64,000 nucleotides of DNA, taken from Camelus ferus. Lineage: Eukaryota. The stretch spans positions 114,516,001 through 114,580,000 of the forward strand of contig NC_045696.1 of the NCBI RefSeq assembly GCF_009834535.1. The letters run 5' to 3'. This document shows positions 12,627 through 24,282 of this stretch, piece by piece; the first letter of the stretch is position 1, and every line of letters begins with the position of its first letter. The translations under genes and the position numbers were made by a program. Below the pieces are notes generated by a model that was not told the DNA's origin, did not search any database, and saw nothing but the letters and a program-made list of their open reading frames with translations.

Positions 12627-14227
12627 GTTTCCAAGAACAATGTGGGAAAGAGAGAGAAAAGTTGTATTTCAAGGCTCAGCTATTAAACACTCTTTCCTTT
12701 ATGAACGGGGTGAATAAAGACATGAAACATTGCCTGCTTTGTGAAACTTCTTTGGCCTTAGAGAATCAGCTGACTGAGAAAATAAAAGTTTTCTACTAAA
12801 AGAAAAGGGTAACATACTCAATCACTTTGAAATAATAATACAAACTAAGCAAGTGGGAATATAGGATTCGTCTTTTAAAACAGCGTAAATATTCTAGTTG
12901 CTATATGTCGTGGGATGCACTCTGGAGATTGTCCTTTTGCTTTTATTTTTCATTTGTTTTCCTTTGCTCAAGCGAGAGGGACCAGTAAGTCCCTACCTGA
13001 AGGGAGAGTCAGGGAATTCTGGGTGGTAGAGGGTCTTACAAGAATCCCTGCTGTTAGAGGTGGCCAGGAAGCCATTGTCCGGGAAGGAACTGTAACCTGA
13101 TATTTTGAATACAAAAGGTCAGAAAGGAGCAGCCAAGGAGGAGTCTGGGAGAAGAAAGGTGTATGTTGTTCTAGGCTCTGGCTTTGTGGCCATGTGACTA
13201 CTTGGCTCCCTCTTACCGAGAATTCTGAGAAGGCTGCAGTGGAGACTGGGAAGGCAAATGGACGGCCATCCAACATGGTGGACTCGGTCTGTGAGTGGTG
13301 CTGTGTCAGAGCCCCCGGGTCCAGCAGGAATTAAGGAATCAAAAGTGTTCCTTAATTAGTTCTTGGCTCCATCTTTCGGATCAAGCACTATTCTGTGGAC
13401 AGGGCACCCCCTTGTGGTTGCAGCAGGAGATGCATCCGAATTCCTCTAATGACCCTGATTCTTTCAATAGGTGAGAATGAATCTGGGGTCAGAAATGCAC
13501 TCTCTGGTCAGGCGGAGTTCACTAAGAACTGGGGCGAGGATATGGGGAGTAGAGGGGAGGTCAGAGAAATGTCATTGCTTAATTTGTTCTGTAAGAGATC
13601 AGAATACTAGGAATGAATGGAAACTTTTCAGATAAGGAACTTTTAAGATAACATAAAAATTTGTTGAAAAGACAAATGAATGATAAAGGAATGAATCAAA
13701 GATATAAGTGTGATTTGCGTGTGTGTATGTGTCTGTGTCTGTGTGTGTGATTTCCAGGTAAAATGACACGTAATAAGATAAAGGGTAACTTTTTGATCCA
13801 AGGACATGTTTTATATTTATGACAATCATAAATATATTAGTATTAATTAGTATTAAAAGAGGAGCAGAACCTTTACATGTAACTTCAAAATCATATGAAA
13901 ATATTAAGTTCTGTTTTGGTTTCTGATTACTACAAATTACCGCCAAATTAGTGGCTTAAATATTTATTTAATATTTTACCATGTTTGAGATGAGAAGTCT
14001 GAAGTGGGTCCAACTGGGCTAAAATCAAGGTTTTGGCAGGACTACATTCCTTTTCGAGGCTCCAGGGGAAAATCTGTTTCCTTCCTTTGCCTTTTCCAGC
14101 ACCTGGAGGCTGTCTGCACCCCTTAGCTTGTGCCCTCTTCCGTCTTCAAACCAGCAGTGGCTTGTCCAGTCTTTCTTATGAAGCATCACTTGGACACTGA
14201 CCTTCCACCTCCCTCTTCCAACTTCTA

Positions 14228-15245
14228 ACAGATCTTCTTGAAAACAGAATTGTTCTACAAAGGTATTCGTCCTGCCATTAATGCTAGTTTGTCTGTTTCC
14301 CTTGTCGGATTTGCTGCCTCAACCAGGGCGGTGAAGCAGGTGGCAGGTACATGAAACTGGCATTGGCTCAGTATCCTGAGGTTGTGGCTTCTGCCCAGTT
14401 TGGTTCTGATCTCAATGCTGCTACTCAAGAACTCTTTTTTAAAACTTATTTTTTAATCTATTTTTATTTATAGTGGCTAACATTTGCCAATCCCAAACTC
14501 CCAAATTCATCCCTTCCCATCCCTTTTCCCCAGTAACCATAAGATTGTTTACTATGTCTTTAGGTCTGTATCTGTTTTGTAGATGAGTTCATAGTGTCTT
14601 TTTTTTTTTTAGATTCCACATGTAAGTGATATCATATGCTATTTTTCTTTCTCTTTCTGGCTTACTTCACTTAGAATGACAATCTCCATGTCCATCCATG
14701 GTGCAGCAAATGGCATTATTTTATTCTTTTTTATGGCTGAGTAGTATTCCATTGTACAGATGACTGGATAAAGAAGTTGTGGTATGTTTACACAACAGAA
14801 TACTACTCAGCATCTCTTGAGTCATGGTGTGCATCTGACTGAGTTGCTGAAGCCAGGACAGGATGATTCCGTGGCTGTTGAAGAGCAGAGGCTTGATTTA
14901 TGTGGATGTCGGGGAATATCTCGATAAGCTGGAGCCCAGCAAGATCACGAAGTTTGAGAATGCTTTCTTGTCGCATGTTATCAGCCAGCACCAAAGCCTA
15001 CTGGGCAAAATCAGGGCTGATGGAAAGATCTCAGAAGAGTCAGACGCAAAACAGAAAGAGATGGTAACCAACTTCTTGGCTGGATTTGAAGCTTAAACTC
15101 CTATGGATTCACATTAAATATCAGATGGGTTTTGTCATTGTTTCTTCTAGTAATCAGTTCCCTTTCTAAAGGGATCACTCCCATACTGCAGATGTACAGT
15201 GATCATGTTAAAATAAAGGTTCCATATTCTTGGATGAAAACAAAA
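14228..15245 (+). pseudogene. ATP5F1A: 5'-truncated processed pseudogene of mitochondrial ATP synthase F1 subunit alpha
   Basis: Translates to [18 protein letters not shown]...[19 protein letters not shown], then after the L1 insertion [45 protein letters not shown]...TNFLAGFEA* (stop 15094-15096). Intronless and frameshifted; 3'UTR with AATAAA at 15212-15217 and an A-rich remnant at 15237-15245. Confidence 0.97.
14437..14811 (-). mobile_element. L1 3' fragment with 5' inversion, inserted in the ATP5F1A pseudogene
   Basis: 14437-14755 is minus-strand L1 with a T-rich tail; 14756-14811 is the adjacent L1 sequence in plus orientation. Degenerate TSD ctactcaagaactctt (14421-14436) / ctactcagcatctctt (14803-14818). 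Confidence 0.9.
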
Positions 15246-15718
15246 TGTCCTTATGAATACATTGGCTCACCTGAATGATCCAGGGTAATCTCACCACGGT
15301 AAGATCAGCTGATTATCAACCTTGGTTTATCTGAAACCTTAATTCTTCTCTCCCATTTGACAGTCATGTTTATAAGATATGGGCATCTTGGAGCGGGAAT
15401 ATTATTCCGACTGCAAAGGCAAGGAAAACAAAGTAAAATCAGAGAAATATGGAATATATCTCACTGAATCATAAGATATCACATAAAGACTTTTAATTAT
15501 GCTGACTGACTTCATTTGTTTATTTTTTTTCAATTAGTGCATCATGAATGTTTGTAAAAATCTGTGACGACTGCTGGGGATTTTCAAGCCAAGTTCATTA
15601 TAGTAAGTTGATTTGGGACAGGTATTTAAATAGTTAACTTTTCCTGGATAGAAATAGCTTAACTGTCCTTTTACTGATGATAAAATGTTACCTTTTCTTT
15701 GTAAAAAGTGCAAAAAGA

Positions 15719-15720
<2 letters not shown>

Positions 15721-15754
<34 letters not shown>
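15721..15754. repeat. (AT)n microsatellite
   Basis: Pure AT dinucleotide run of ~17 units. Confidence 0.95.
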
Positions 15755-15758
<4 letters not shown>

Positions 15759-16363
15759 GTAGTAACTCATTCGTTCTGTCATATAGAGACAACTCCAAAT
15801 GCATTTGAGAATATTCTTTTAGGTATTTGAGAAGCATAAAAGCTTGTCAAATATCTTAAAGCTTAACAATATCTGTTTGTTTAGATAAATGGGATTATCT
15901 TTTATCTGTGCAAGCAATAGAGCCCTGCATCATGAGTTTTGATTGCTTTTCTCAATTCCTTTGCGTATCATTTCAGTAATCTCTCATCATTGGACACTTC
16001 ACCTGATTCCCACTGTATCTTTTTTTAAAAAACATTCTGCATTCAAAAAAGCAAATACTTTTATTAACATTATTATACATACTTGTTTTATATGTTTCCT
16101 ATTGATTTCCTTAAGACAAATTCTAGAAGTAAATTAGATGGTAACAGGTATCAATTTAAATTAGTGCTTTTTTCTCAAGGATATAAGGAAAACAGCTAAC
16201 AAGCCTGGAGATTAGAGATCTTATTATGGTAACAGCGGGTAATTTAAAATAAAGTGTTTTGAAGAATAATAAGAATGACTTTTGCACATAAAGTTTTAAT
16301 GTTTATTATTCATATAGTGGTACTATGCTCTAGTACAAATTGATCTTATTAATATGTTTAAAT

Positions 16364-16500
16364 TTTTTGTGGTCAGGGGAGGGGGTAATTGAGATTATTT
16401 ATTTACTTATTTTTAATGTTATAATAGAGGTACTGGGGATTGAACCCAGGACCTCATGCATGCTAAGCATGTGCTCTACCACTGAGCTCCACCCTCCCCC
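16364..16500 (-). mobile_element. tRNA-derived SINE (camelid vic-1-like), long-tail form
   Basis: 'gaggtactggggattgaacccaggacc...ctctaccactgagct' is the reverse complement of a head with pol III A/B boxes; ~23-bp TSD tgatctt(a/t)tta(a/g)tatgtttaaat at 16341-16363 and 16501-16523. Confidence 0.9.
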
Positions 16501-17134
16501 TGATCTTTTTAGTATGTTTAAATCTCATGTTCATTCTTTCCTTAGGAGGTCACAGATCCTGAGACTAACAGGCAGTGAGATCCTTGCACAGAAAGTAAAA
16601 ATGAACCACAAAGGATGATTCCACTCTGTTTTTGAAAAGGAAGATGGAAATGCAGCCAAGGGCCGATCATACGCTTTGGGTCATTTGGGTCACCTCCCTG
16701 GGCCTCGCTTGTCAAGGACAGAGCTGGAGAGCTGATTGATTTCCTTCTGTCTCTAATGTTCCTCCAGCCTTTAGTGCTCAGCACTAAATAAAATGACATT
16801 TTGATGTTGAAATGACTGGTTTACATTATTTATTTACGTATTCTCTTTACTTCCAAAAAAGCTTGTAGGAACTTACAAGAAAAACTTGAATCCAATAAGG
16901 CCAAGAATTACTCCACGATAAAAGTCAATTACTCAAACTCTGTACATCAGTTTTATTGGTAGAAGGGAAATCTGAACACATTACACAGCTGTCGGAGAGA
17001 TTATATGGAATAAAGTATATAAAATTTCCTGCACTCCTCATGGTTTTTAGTTTCCATCCCCATCCTCTCAAGTAAAAGTGGAAAAGTAGAGAAATATTGT
17101 AACAAAACTCTGGGTGAAGAACACTGCCATAGTA

Positions 17135-17580
17135 TATTCATTTTACATTCCCACTCAGAGGGAACAAGAATTCCCGTTTTCCACATTCTCATCAACACTG
17201 GTTATTTTCTTTTCCTGGTATTAGCCATCCTAATGGGTGCGAGGAGTTATCTCGCTGCGATTTTGACTTGCTTTTCCCTAATGGTGAGTAACACCGAGCA
17301 CCTCTTCCTGTGCTTCTTGGCCATTTGAACTCCTTCTTTGGAGAAATGTCTATACACGTTCTTTGCCAATTTTTTTAATCGGGTCGTTTGCTTTTTTATT
17401 GTTGCTGAGTTGCACATGTTCTTTACTTACTTGGTGATTTTCAGATATACGATTTGCAAATATTTTCCCCATTCTGTATGTTGCCCTTTCCCTCTGCCGA
17501 CTGTGTCCTTTATTTAATGCACAGAAGTTTCCAATGTTGATGTAGTCTAATTTATCTATCTTTACTGTGGCTGTTACCTG
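17135..17580 (-). mobile_element. Old L1 ORF2 3'-region fragment
   Basis: 'ttttacattcccac...ccacattctcatcaacact...agccatcctaatggg...tctttggagaaatgtctat...ttgcaaatattttcccc' is standard antisense L1M ORF2 text. Confidence 0.85.
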
Positions 17581-19694
17581 ACATCATTTGTTACAGTTTC
17601 AGTGTTACTTGCCAGTACACGATGCAAAGTCTTTAAAATCCTGACCAAATTCAGGGCAGAGTTTCTCCCAGATTCCACTCATGGATCTAGGACTGAACTC
17701 TGATGCCGGACCCACCAACTTCTCTTGTTCCGCTAAAAGCTTTGTGGTGTCAGTGTCACCAAGCCTGTTTAATGTTGTTGTTTAGAGGAAGAGTAAATCA
17801 CATCATCTAATTCTAGGAAAATAGAATAAAAATTTTCCCATCGGGTCTTATCCTAGACTCTCTACTGGCCTGGCTCCAAGTATCTTTTTCCTTGCCTTGG
17901 AAGAGGCGCTCACTGCAGAATGGGACAGTTAATCCTACAAGAGCGGTGGGTTCATTATCCTTCATTCTTGATTCATGTTGACTCGAATCATCAGGCATTA
18001 ATTTCAGAAATAAAAGATTTCATCAACTTTTGTGGGGACGGGCTTAATTTTATGGGCCATGTTTTATGTTACCCATTTCAAATATAGTTTAGTGCAAAAG
18101 AAATTCAAACATTGATAAAAATCTACGAAAATAAAAAGCCAATTATAAAATAAATGTTTTCACTGTGCAAACGTGCTGTAGATAAATTTCCTATATCCCG
18201 CGGTGGAATGGGTAATTTAGTATCCATCTTTGCACAATGGTATATGTGAACTTTGATCAGTGTTGCAATTATAAGTTTAAAAAATACCTACAAATATAGG
18301 GGTCATAAAGGAAGCTGTCTTAAGGCAGATAGTCTCTATATAATATTATATAAACCTCAACTTAAAAAAAATCTGCACACATTTATATATTTATAGTCTC
18401 AAATCCCTGAGGAAAAAAAAACAAACACAGATGTCCTTTTATGGTGGTCTCTGCACCCAACACAGCTTCTTAAAGAAAACACACACTTAGTCATTAAAAA
18501 TATAAATGCTATAAAGTAGCACATTTGCAAGGTGCAAATTGGGAGGAAATATCTTTAGGTCCCGAATTATACAGAAGTAGGTTGAAAACATATTACTGGG
18601 AAAACCAGGAACAGGGAGAAGGGGCCACGTTCTATTTGGTCTTTTTTAATCTCAATAGAAATCACGTTTGATTCTCATTGAAAGGAGAAAAATGTGTCTT
18701 TTTTCCCCCATGTGTGATTTTCTTCAGGTTATAAAAGACAAGCTACTAGAATGCTAGAATGGATGGGAACTACAGAGTTCCTCTCCAACTTTCTCGTTTC
18801 ACGGATGGGAACACAGGGGATGAGTCACGAAGATACTGCCCAGGGTCACGTGACCCGCTGGCTTGCACCGCGTCTCTGCTGCCTCCTCTCTGGGTCTGCA
18901 GGGGAGATTCCGTGTGGGCAGGGGAGCCCCACTCTCCCACTTTTCAGCCTGTTCAGAGGAGGGCAAGGATGGGGATGGCAGTATCTGTGACACTGCCCTT
19001 TATTTTAGTCTAAAATGAATGCTACTTTGTATGCTTTTGTATTTTAGTTTTACATTCCAATCCCACTAGTCTATACAAATTGTAATCATTCTGAAAGCAT
19101 CTAAAGCCCTCCATTCTATCACAAAAATAGAGGCTGAGAGGCAGTTTGTCTGGTTTTTGTTTTTGTTTTTTCCTTCTTTCCTTTATAAGCAACTTGTCGC
19201 ACCCCAGGTTGATTGCCAGGAACATTTATGTAGCAGAGGCTGTCTTTCTGAGCTGGCAGACACAAAGATGGTTCATTGAAAAGCCAGCACATGTGAGCGC
19301 AGCACCTGGCAATCAACAGGGTGATGGAAGATGCGGGAGTGTGTTTTCCCGGCTCAGATGGCATCTTACCCATGTGAGTGAACCTCAGCACGTGTAGTTT
19401 AAACATTATCGGGTCCAAAAGGCCACACAAACGTTACACGCTGCCACCACACACCAGTGGTTTATTTGAGAACCTGCTGAATGGGGCAGAGCATACGCAG
19501 CAGGGGTTGGTAGAAAGAGCTGATCGCTGATCTTTCTTTGGACCCAAATGGCTGTGTAATTGGCTAAGTTGCAATGGTCTAGTGTGACCATCTCCCACTA
19601 AACCACGCACACACACACTGCAGCCATTTAACAAGTAGTGTTTTTTTGTTGTTGTTTTTTTTTTTAACATCTCCTGTCCATCAAGCACTCATAA

Positions 19695-20177
19695 TGTTGC
19701 TGGAGAGTAGCTTTTTGTCTCGTGCAGGAAAGAATTCAAGAACGAGCCATAGTAAAGTGAAAGCAGACTTACTCAGGGGGATACGCACTCCATACACAGA
19801 ATGTGGTCCCTCTCAGAAGGCAAGAGAGGCGGCCCTGAGGTGTGGGGTGGTTAGTTTTTAGGGACCGCGTAATTTCATATGTTAACAAGTGGGAGGGTTA
19901 TTCCAGCTATTTGGGGGGAAGGGAGGGATTTCCAGGAATTGGGCCCCACCCACCTGGGGGCCTTTCACGGTCAGCCTGGGAGCTGTCATGGCACCTGTGG
20001 GTGTGCCATACAGCAAGTAACGTATCACAGTGAGGGTATAATGAGGCTCAAGTCTGCTGGAAGTCAAACCTCCTACCATCTTGGGCCTCCTTGGTTCTAA
20101 CCAGTAGATGTGTCACATCCTCAATGGCTGTGTCATTCTTTTAATGGTTGTGCCCTGTCCCCTGCCCTCCTGTCTCA
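19695..20177 (-). mobile_element. Solo LTR, ERV1-like family B
   Basis: TG...CA termini; minus strand begins TGAGACAGGAGGGCAGGGGACAGGGCACAACCATTAAAAGAATGAC, resembling artiodactyl ERV1 LTRs. No clean TSD. Confidence 0.7.
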
Positions 20178-20526
20178 AGAGACGCTGGGCATATACACTG
20201 TTGAATGTTCTCGTCACAGTTCCTTCACTCACGGAGCTCAGAGGATATAAACTAATAATTCTGAAGTGATAAGCTCTCTGAATTAGTGCAGCCTGGAAAG
20301 TGTCCCCGAAGGGAAGACACTTGAACTGAGCTTGCAGGGCCCAGGGAACCATCATGTGAGTATCTGGAGATGTCTTGCCAGGCAGATGAGGACAAGAGAA
20401 AAACTCTTAAACTAGGGATAAGCTTGAAGTGTTTGAGGAACATAACGGCCAGATTGTTAGGCCTGTTGGAAGCAAGGAAATGGAGAAAAATAGGGTTGGG
20501 GGGAACAGAAGGGTGAGGTGGGGTAG

Positions 20527-20988
20527 TGTGGATGAAAAATGTCACGTGCCATATTAGTAAACAAAGGGTGTTGCGGTCATCAAGCCATCAGCCACTGCAG
20601 CTGCCCGCCCACCCTAACCATGCACCCCGGGGGAATTCAGTTTGGAGAAAAACAGAAGACTGGCCCCAGATAGTTAAGGTGCATATCAAAGGCATGATTT
20701 CAATGAGCCCAGAATCTTGCACCTTCTCATACGTAGAAAAGTTCTAAATTCATTAACTTGAAATGTCTAGTTTTCTTTAATTAACAGTAATTTTTGATGT
20801 TCCCACCACCTGGTTTTTGTTGCAAAAATTCCTCCGTCTCCTGGCTCCAGCCTTACTTCTTCAGAGCAGTGTCTCAGAGCTATCTGAGAGGCTGCCTGAC
20901 AGGCTTAAGTCCTCAGTGAGTCTGCAGAATAAAAAACACAAGCCTCAACTTTTGGGTTGTGCATTTTTTTTTTTTTTTCTAGTCAACA
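20527..20988 (+). mobile_element. Solo LTR, ERV1-like family A (copy 2)
   Basis: tgtggatgaaaaat...gtcaaca; AATAAA near 20928; TSD gtag/atag with 1 mismatch; homologous to copies 1, 3 and 4. Confidence 0.88.
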
Positions 20989-21003
20989 ATAGTAAGAGAT
21001 TTT

Positions 21004-21543
21004 TGGCGAGAAAGAAAATTTCCTCTCCCCTTCTAGGTTCTTCTGGCTGGTCTAAGAATTAAACTGACATGAGACATATTAACAGGAGAAAATAAAAATT
21101 AATAATGTGCATATGTGAGAGAGACCCAGAAAAACTGAATACCTTGCCAAAATGACTGAAACCCTCACCTTATTCACCATCTTCAAGTAAAGACCAAAGA
21201 CGATGCTGTGGGTAGGGACTGGGGACTTTAAAGGAGAGGAAGGCAATTGACCTGGAGATGAAAAAGCAAGTGTTTGGTAAACAAACGTTTGTGGGGCCAT
21301 GCAGAGACAGTGGGACACAGACAGGAATTTTGACAAACAGACTTTGCTAGGTTCTGCTCAGTCCACATGCCTACTTCATACTATAGTCATCTCTGGTGAT
21401 GCTCCCTTCCTGAAACGTGCCCTCTATCTACTTTAGGTAGTTGCGGGGGGAGGTCAGAGGTTCTTCCAGCATCTTATTGAGCCTTGACTGTTTTCACCTG
21501 GAAATAATCTGACGTTGGGGGTGGCGAATTTTGTTCTCCTACA
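21004..21543 (-). mobile_element. Solo LTR, MER34-like ERV1
   Basis: Minus strand begins TGTAGGAGAACAAAATTCGCCACCCC...GATTATTT, similar to recalled MER34-type LTR 5' ends. Confidence 0.65.
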
Positions 21544-22546
21544 GAATTCATGATGGGGAGGTTAGGCAGGGGGAGTAAGATGGCAACATTAAAGAACAAG
21601 TGGATTGTAAAAGGAATGAGAATGATTGCTTCCTGAGGACAGGGATTTCCATCAGTTTTATCCATCGCTGTATCTCCATCCTTAGAAGGTGCTCGGTAAA
21701 TATCTGCTGAGCACACAAACAGTTGTGTATGTATGCGTGTGTGTTCCTATGGTTGCTAATAGATTTTATTTAGCATCCTTTATGGCCCTAGAGTTCCTCT
21801 ACCTACTCAGTAATTTTCTCCTTCAATGATGGCTTTATTTATTGGAACTCTAACAATTTTTACAAGGAATTTAATTTTCTGGTCGCTATTTAATCTGCAC
21901 ATTTTATACGTGCAAATCAGACCTCTCTGAAATTCCAGGCAGGGGCCTCTGCTTTGTCTACTTTTCAATTGGCTGTAAATGATTTTTTTTTAATACCTTT
22001 CTTTCTTTTGTAAAACAAAACAAAACTGTGCACCAAGTGACTTTTTCCTTCACAAAAGCTAGTTTTCCTTCTTTCTTTTTTTTTTGTTAATTTAATACCT
22101 TTGCCAGTAGAAACATCCTTATCAGTTCCTTACACATTCACCTCTATTTTATTTGCTCATTTACTCTTTTACTGTTTTACCTGATTTTGTATCAGGGTGT
22201 TTAAATTACACTTTGCCTTGTCTCGCCTCTGTAGACATATTTTAGATTTCCAGAGAGGGCTATTTCTTCCTTTATTTTTATAACAAAGGTGCATATTGCT
22301 TGAACGGCTCCTTGTATGCCTGCCAGGGGGCCATGACTGCACATCTAATGGTGAAACTCAAACATTTATACAGATGATATATCTAAACCCTCCTAAATAA
22401 ACATCCTTATCCTTTTCCCTGGAAACATTTCAGTATCTCCTCCTCGTCTTCAGTGTCTTCTCACTCCAATTCTTCCTCCAGTTAATGTCCCAATTTTCTA
22501 AAAGCCTGGTTTGTGGATGTCATTCCCTCACTTAAAAACCTTTTCA

Positions 22547-22758
22547 GGGGGTGAGAGGGGTAAATTAGCAGTTTGGGATGAACAGACACACACTACTGTA
22601 TATAAAATAGATAAACAACAAGGACCTACTGTATAGCTCAGGGAGCTATATTCAATATCTTATAAATTACAATCAAAAATAATCTGAAAATATATGTATA
22701 TATGTGTAGGTATATGTGTAACCGAATTGCTTTGCTGTACACCTGCAATTAATTAAAT
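22547..22758 (+). mobile_element. L1 3'-end fragment
   Basis: 'taaattagcagtttggga...tataaaatagataaacaacaaggacctactgtatagc...tttgctgtacacctg'. Confidence 0.85.
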
Positions 22759-22939
22759 TCACATCAGACCAGTAAAATCCATCATTTTCTGTAGGAGTGG
22801 TGTGAATGGAACAAGTCCAGAGGGTTTTGTCTACTATGCAAATATTTTTTTCTATTCTGTAAATGGTATTTCTCCTAAATTCATGTACAGTTTTAATAAA
22901 TAAGGACCCATATAAAAGGGGCTTCACTTGGTTGGTGAC

Positions 22940-23421
22940 TGTGGGGGGGCTGAACAGTGGCCCAGTGAAAATGTGCACATCCTGGTCCCTCGACCTGTGA
23001 TTGCCCTCCCTCATACGGTAGAAGGGACTTTGCAGATAGGATTAAGGATCTTGAGAGGGGGAGATTACCCCTGATTTTCCTGGCTTACCCTGAAGGATCC
23101 TTACAAGAGGGAGGCAGCAGGATCAGAGACAAGGAGAGAAGGTAATCTAAGGATGGTGGCAGGGAGGCCGGGATGGTAGGCAATATGATGTAGGACGAGT
23201 TAAGAAATGAGGACAGCCTCTAAAAGCTGGTAAAGTTCAGGGATGATCCCCACCCCTGCGGGGCCGCCAGGAGGAATGCAGCTCAGTTGACTCCCTGACT
23301 TTAGCTCCCTGAGACTGATTTCAGACTTCTGACTTTCATGATTGCAACATAATCCCTTTGTGTTCTTTTAAGCCCCTAAATTTATAATAACTTGTTACAG
23401 CAACAATGGAAAACTAAGCCA
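22940..23421 (+). mobile_element. MLT1 (MaLR) LTR
   Basis: 'ggctgaacagtggccc...gggactttgcagat...gagattaccc...cagacttctgact...ttgttacagcaacaatggaaaactaa' is MLT1C/D-like. Confidence 0.8.
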
Positions 23422-23808
23422 ATGACCTATGCAGAGTATGGGGTTTCTCTTCTATTATTTTGTGAAATGATTTCAGAAAATTCCTGATGCATGGTCCATG
23501 GTGGGGGCTCCATCCAGGTCTTTCGACCCAGTAGATCTATTGTTCACTGTCTGGTCCATAAACACCCAGTGAGAAGGCTCGTGTTACTATGGGAAACGCT
23601 GAGTTTCTGAGATGAAATCAACTAAACATGTACATCATGAGAATGAATAAAGAAAGATATAAACCAACCATCAGAGAGGCTAGATCTACTTCTTTCTTAT
23701 CTGCAGGCAGGACACTCCATGGCCAAGAGTAGCAGGGGCAGCAGTGATAAATATGAAAGAAGAGGGACCTCAGTTTCATCAAGTTTACGTTATTTCTGGT
23801 CATGCTAA

Positions 23809-24282
23809 TGTGAATGAAAAAGACTGCAAACCATATCAGTAAACAAAGAACACTGAAACCATAGAGTCGTCAGGGGCTGCCGCCACCCCCAGCCCATCTT
23901 CTGCAGCCACTCACAGTGGTGCACCCTGAGGGGACCCAGAACAAGAAAGGACAGGATGCTGGCCCTAGATAGCTGGTTGCTTGTCAAAGGAATGAATTCA
24001 ATGAGCCCAGATGTTTGCTTCCTCCCATACATAGAAAAGAGCTAAATTCTTTAACTTAAGATGCCTGGTTTACTTTAGTTAACAAGTCATCTTTTATTGT
24101 TTCAACTGGTCTTTGTTGTAAAGCTCCTGTATATCCTAGCTCCTCCCCTACCTCTTCGGAGCAGTCCCTCAGAGCGATCTGAGGGGCTGTCACCTGGCTC
24201 GAAGGGGTTTGAGTCCTCAGAAATGTCCGCCAAATAAAACGTAACTCTCAACTTTCAGGCTGTGCGTGTATTTCAGTCGACA
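23809..24282 (+). mobile_element. Solo LTR, ERV1-like family A (copy 3)
   Basis: tgtgaatgaaaa...cagtcgaca; AATAAA 24233-24238; TSD ctaa/ccaa with 1 mismatch. Confidence 0.92.

Larger units (their letters stand above)
13905..15417 (-). mobile_element. MLT1 (MaLR) LTR split by the ATP5F1A retrocopy (pieces ~13905-14227 and ~15246-15417)
   Basis: MLT1-type text 'gggctaaaatcaagg...ggctccaggggaaaatctgtttcc...cctccctcttccaacttcta' resumes after the insertion as 'ccttatgaatacattggctcacc...atccagggtaatctc'. Confidence 0.8.

Noticed and set aside
14863..15096. 77-aa ORF ending in the ATP synthase alpha C-terminus, as a functional gene
   Set aside because: The N-terminus is out of frame relative to ATP5F1A; the copy is 5'-truncated, frameshifted and L1-disrupted.
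16420..16500. tRNA-like A/B boxes as real tRNA genes (here and at five similar sites)
   Set aside because: They have A-rich tails, mostly with TSDs, and diverge from each other, so they are SINEs.
20989..21020. 'ttttggcgag' after LTR copy 2 as a primer-binding site (provirus start)
   Set aside because: It is ~15 nt away from the LTR end, beyond the TSD, and coincides with the terminus of the neighbouring LTR; I saw no gag/pol/env remnant.
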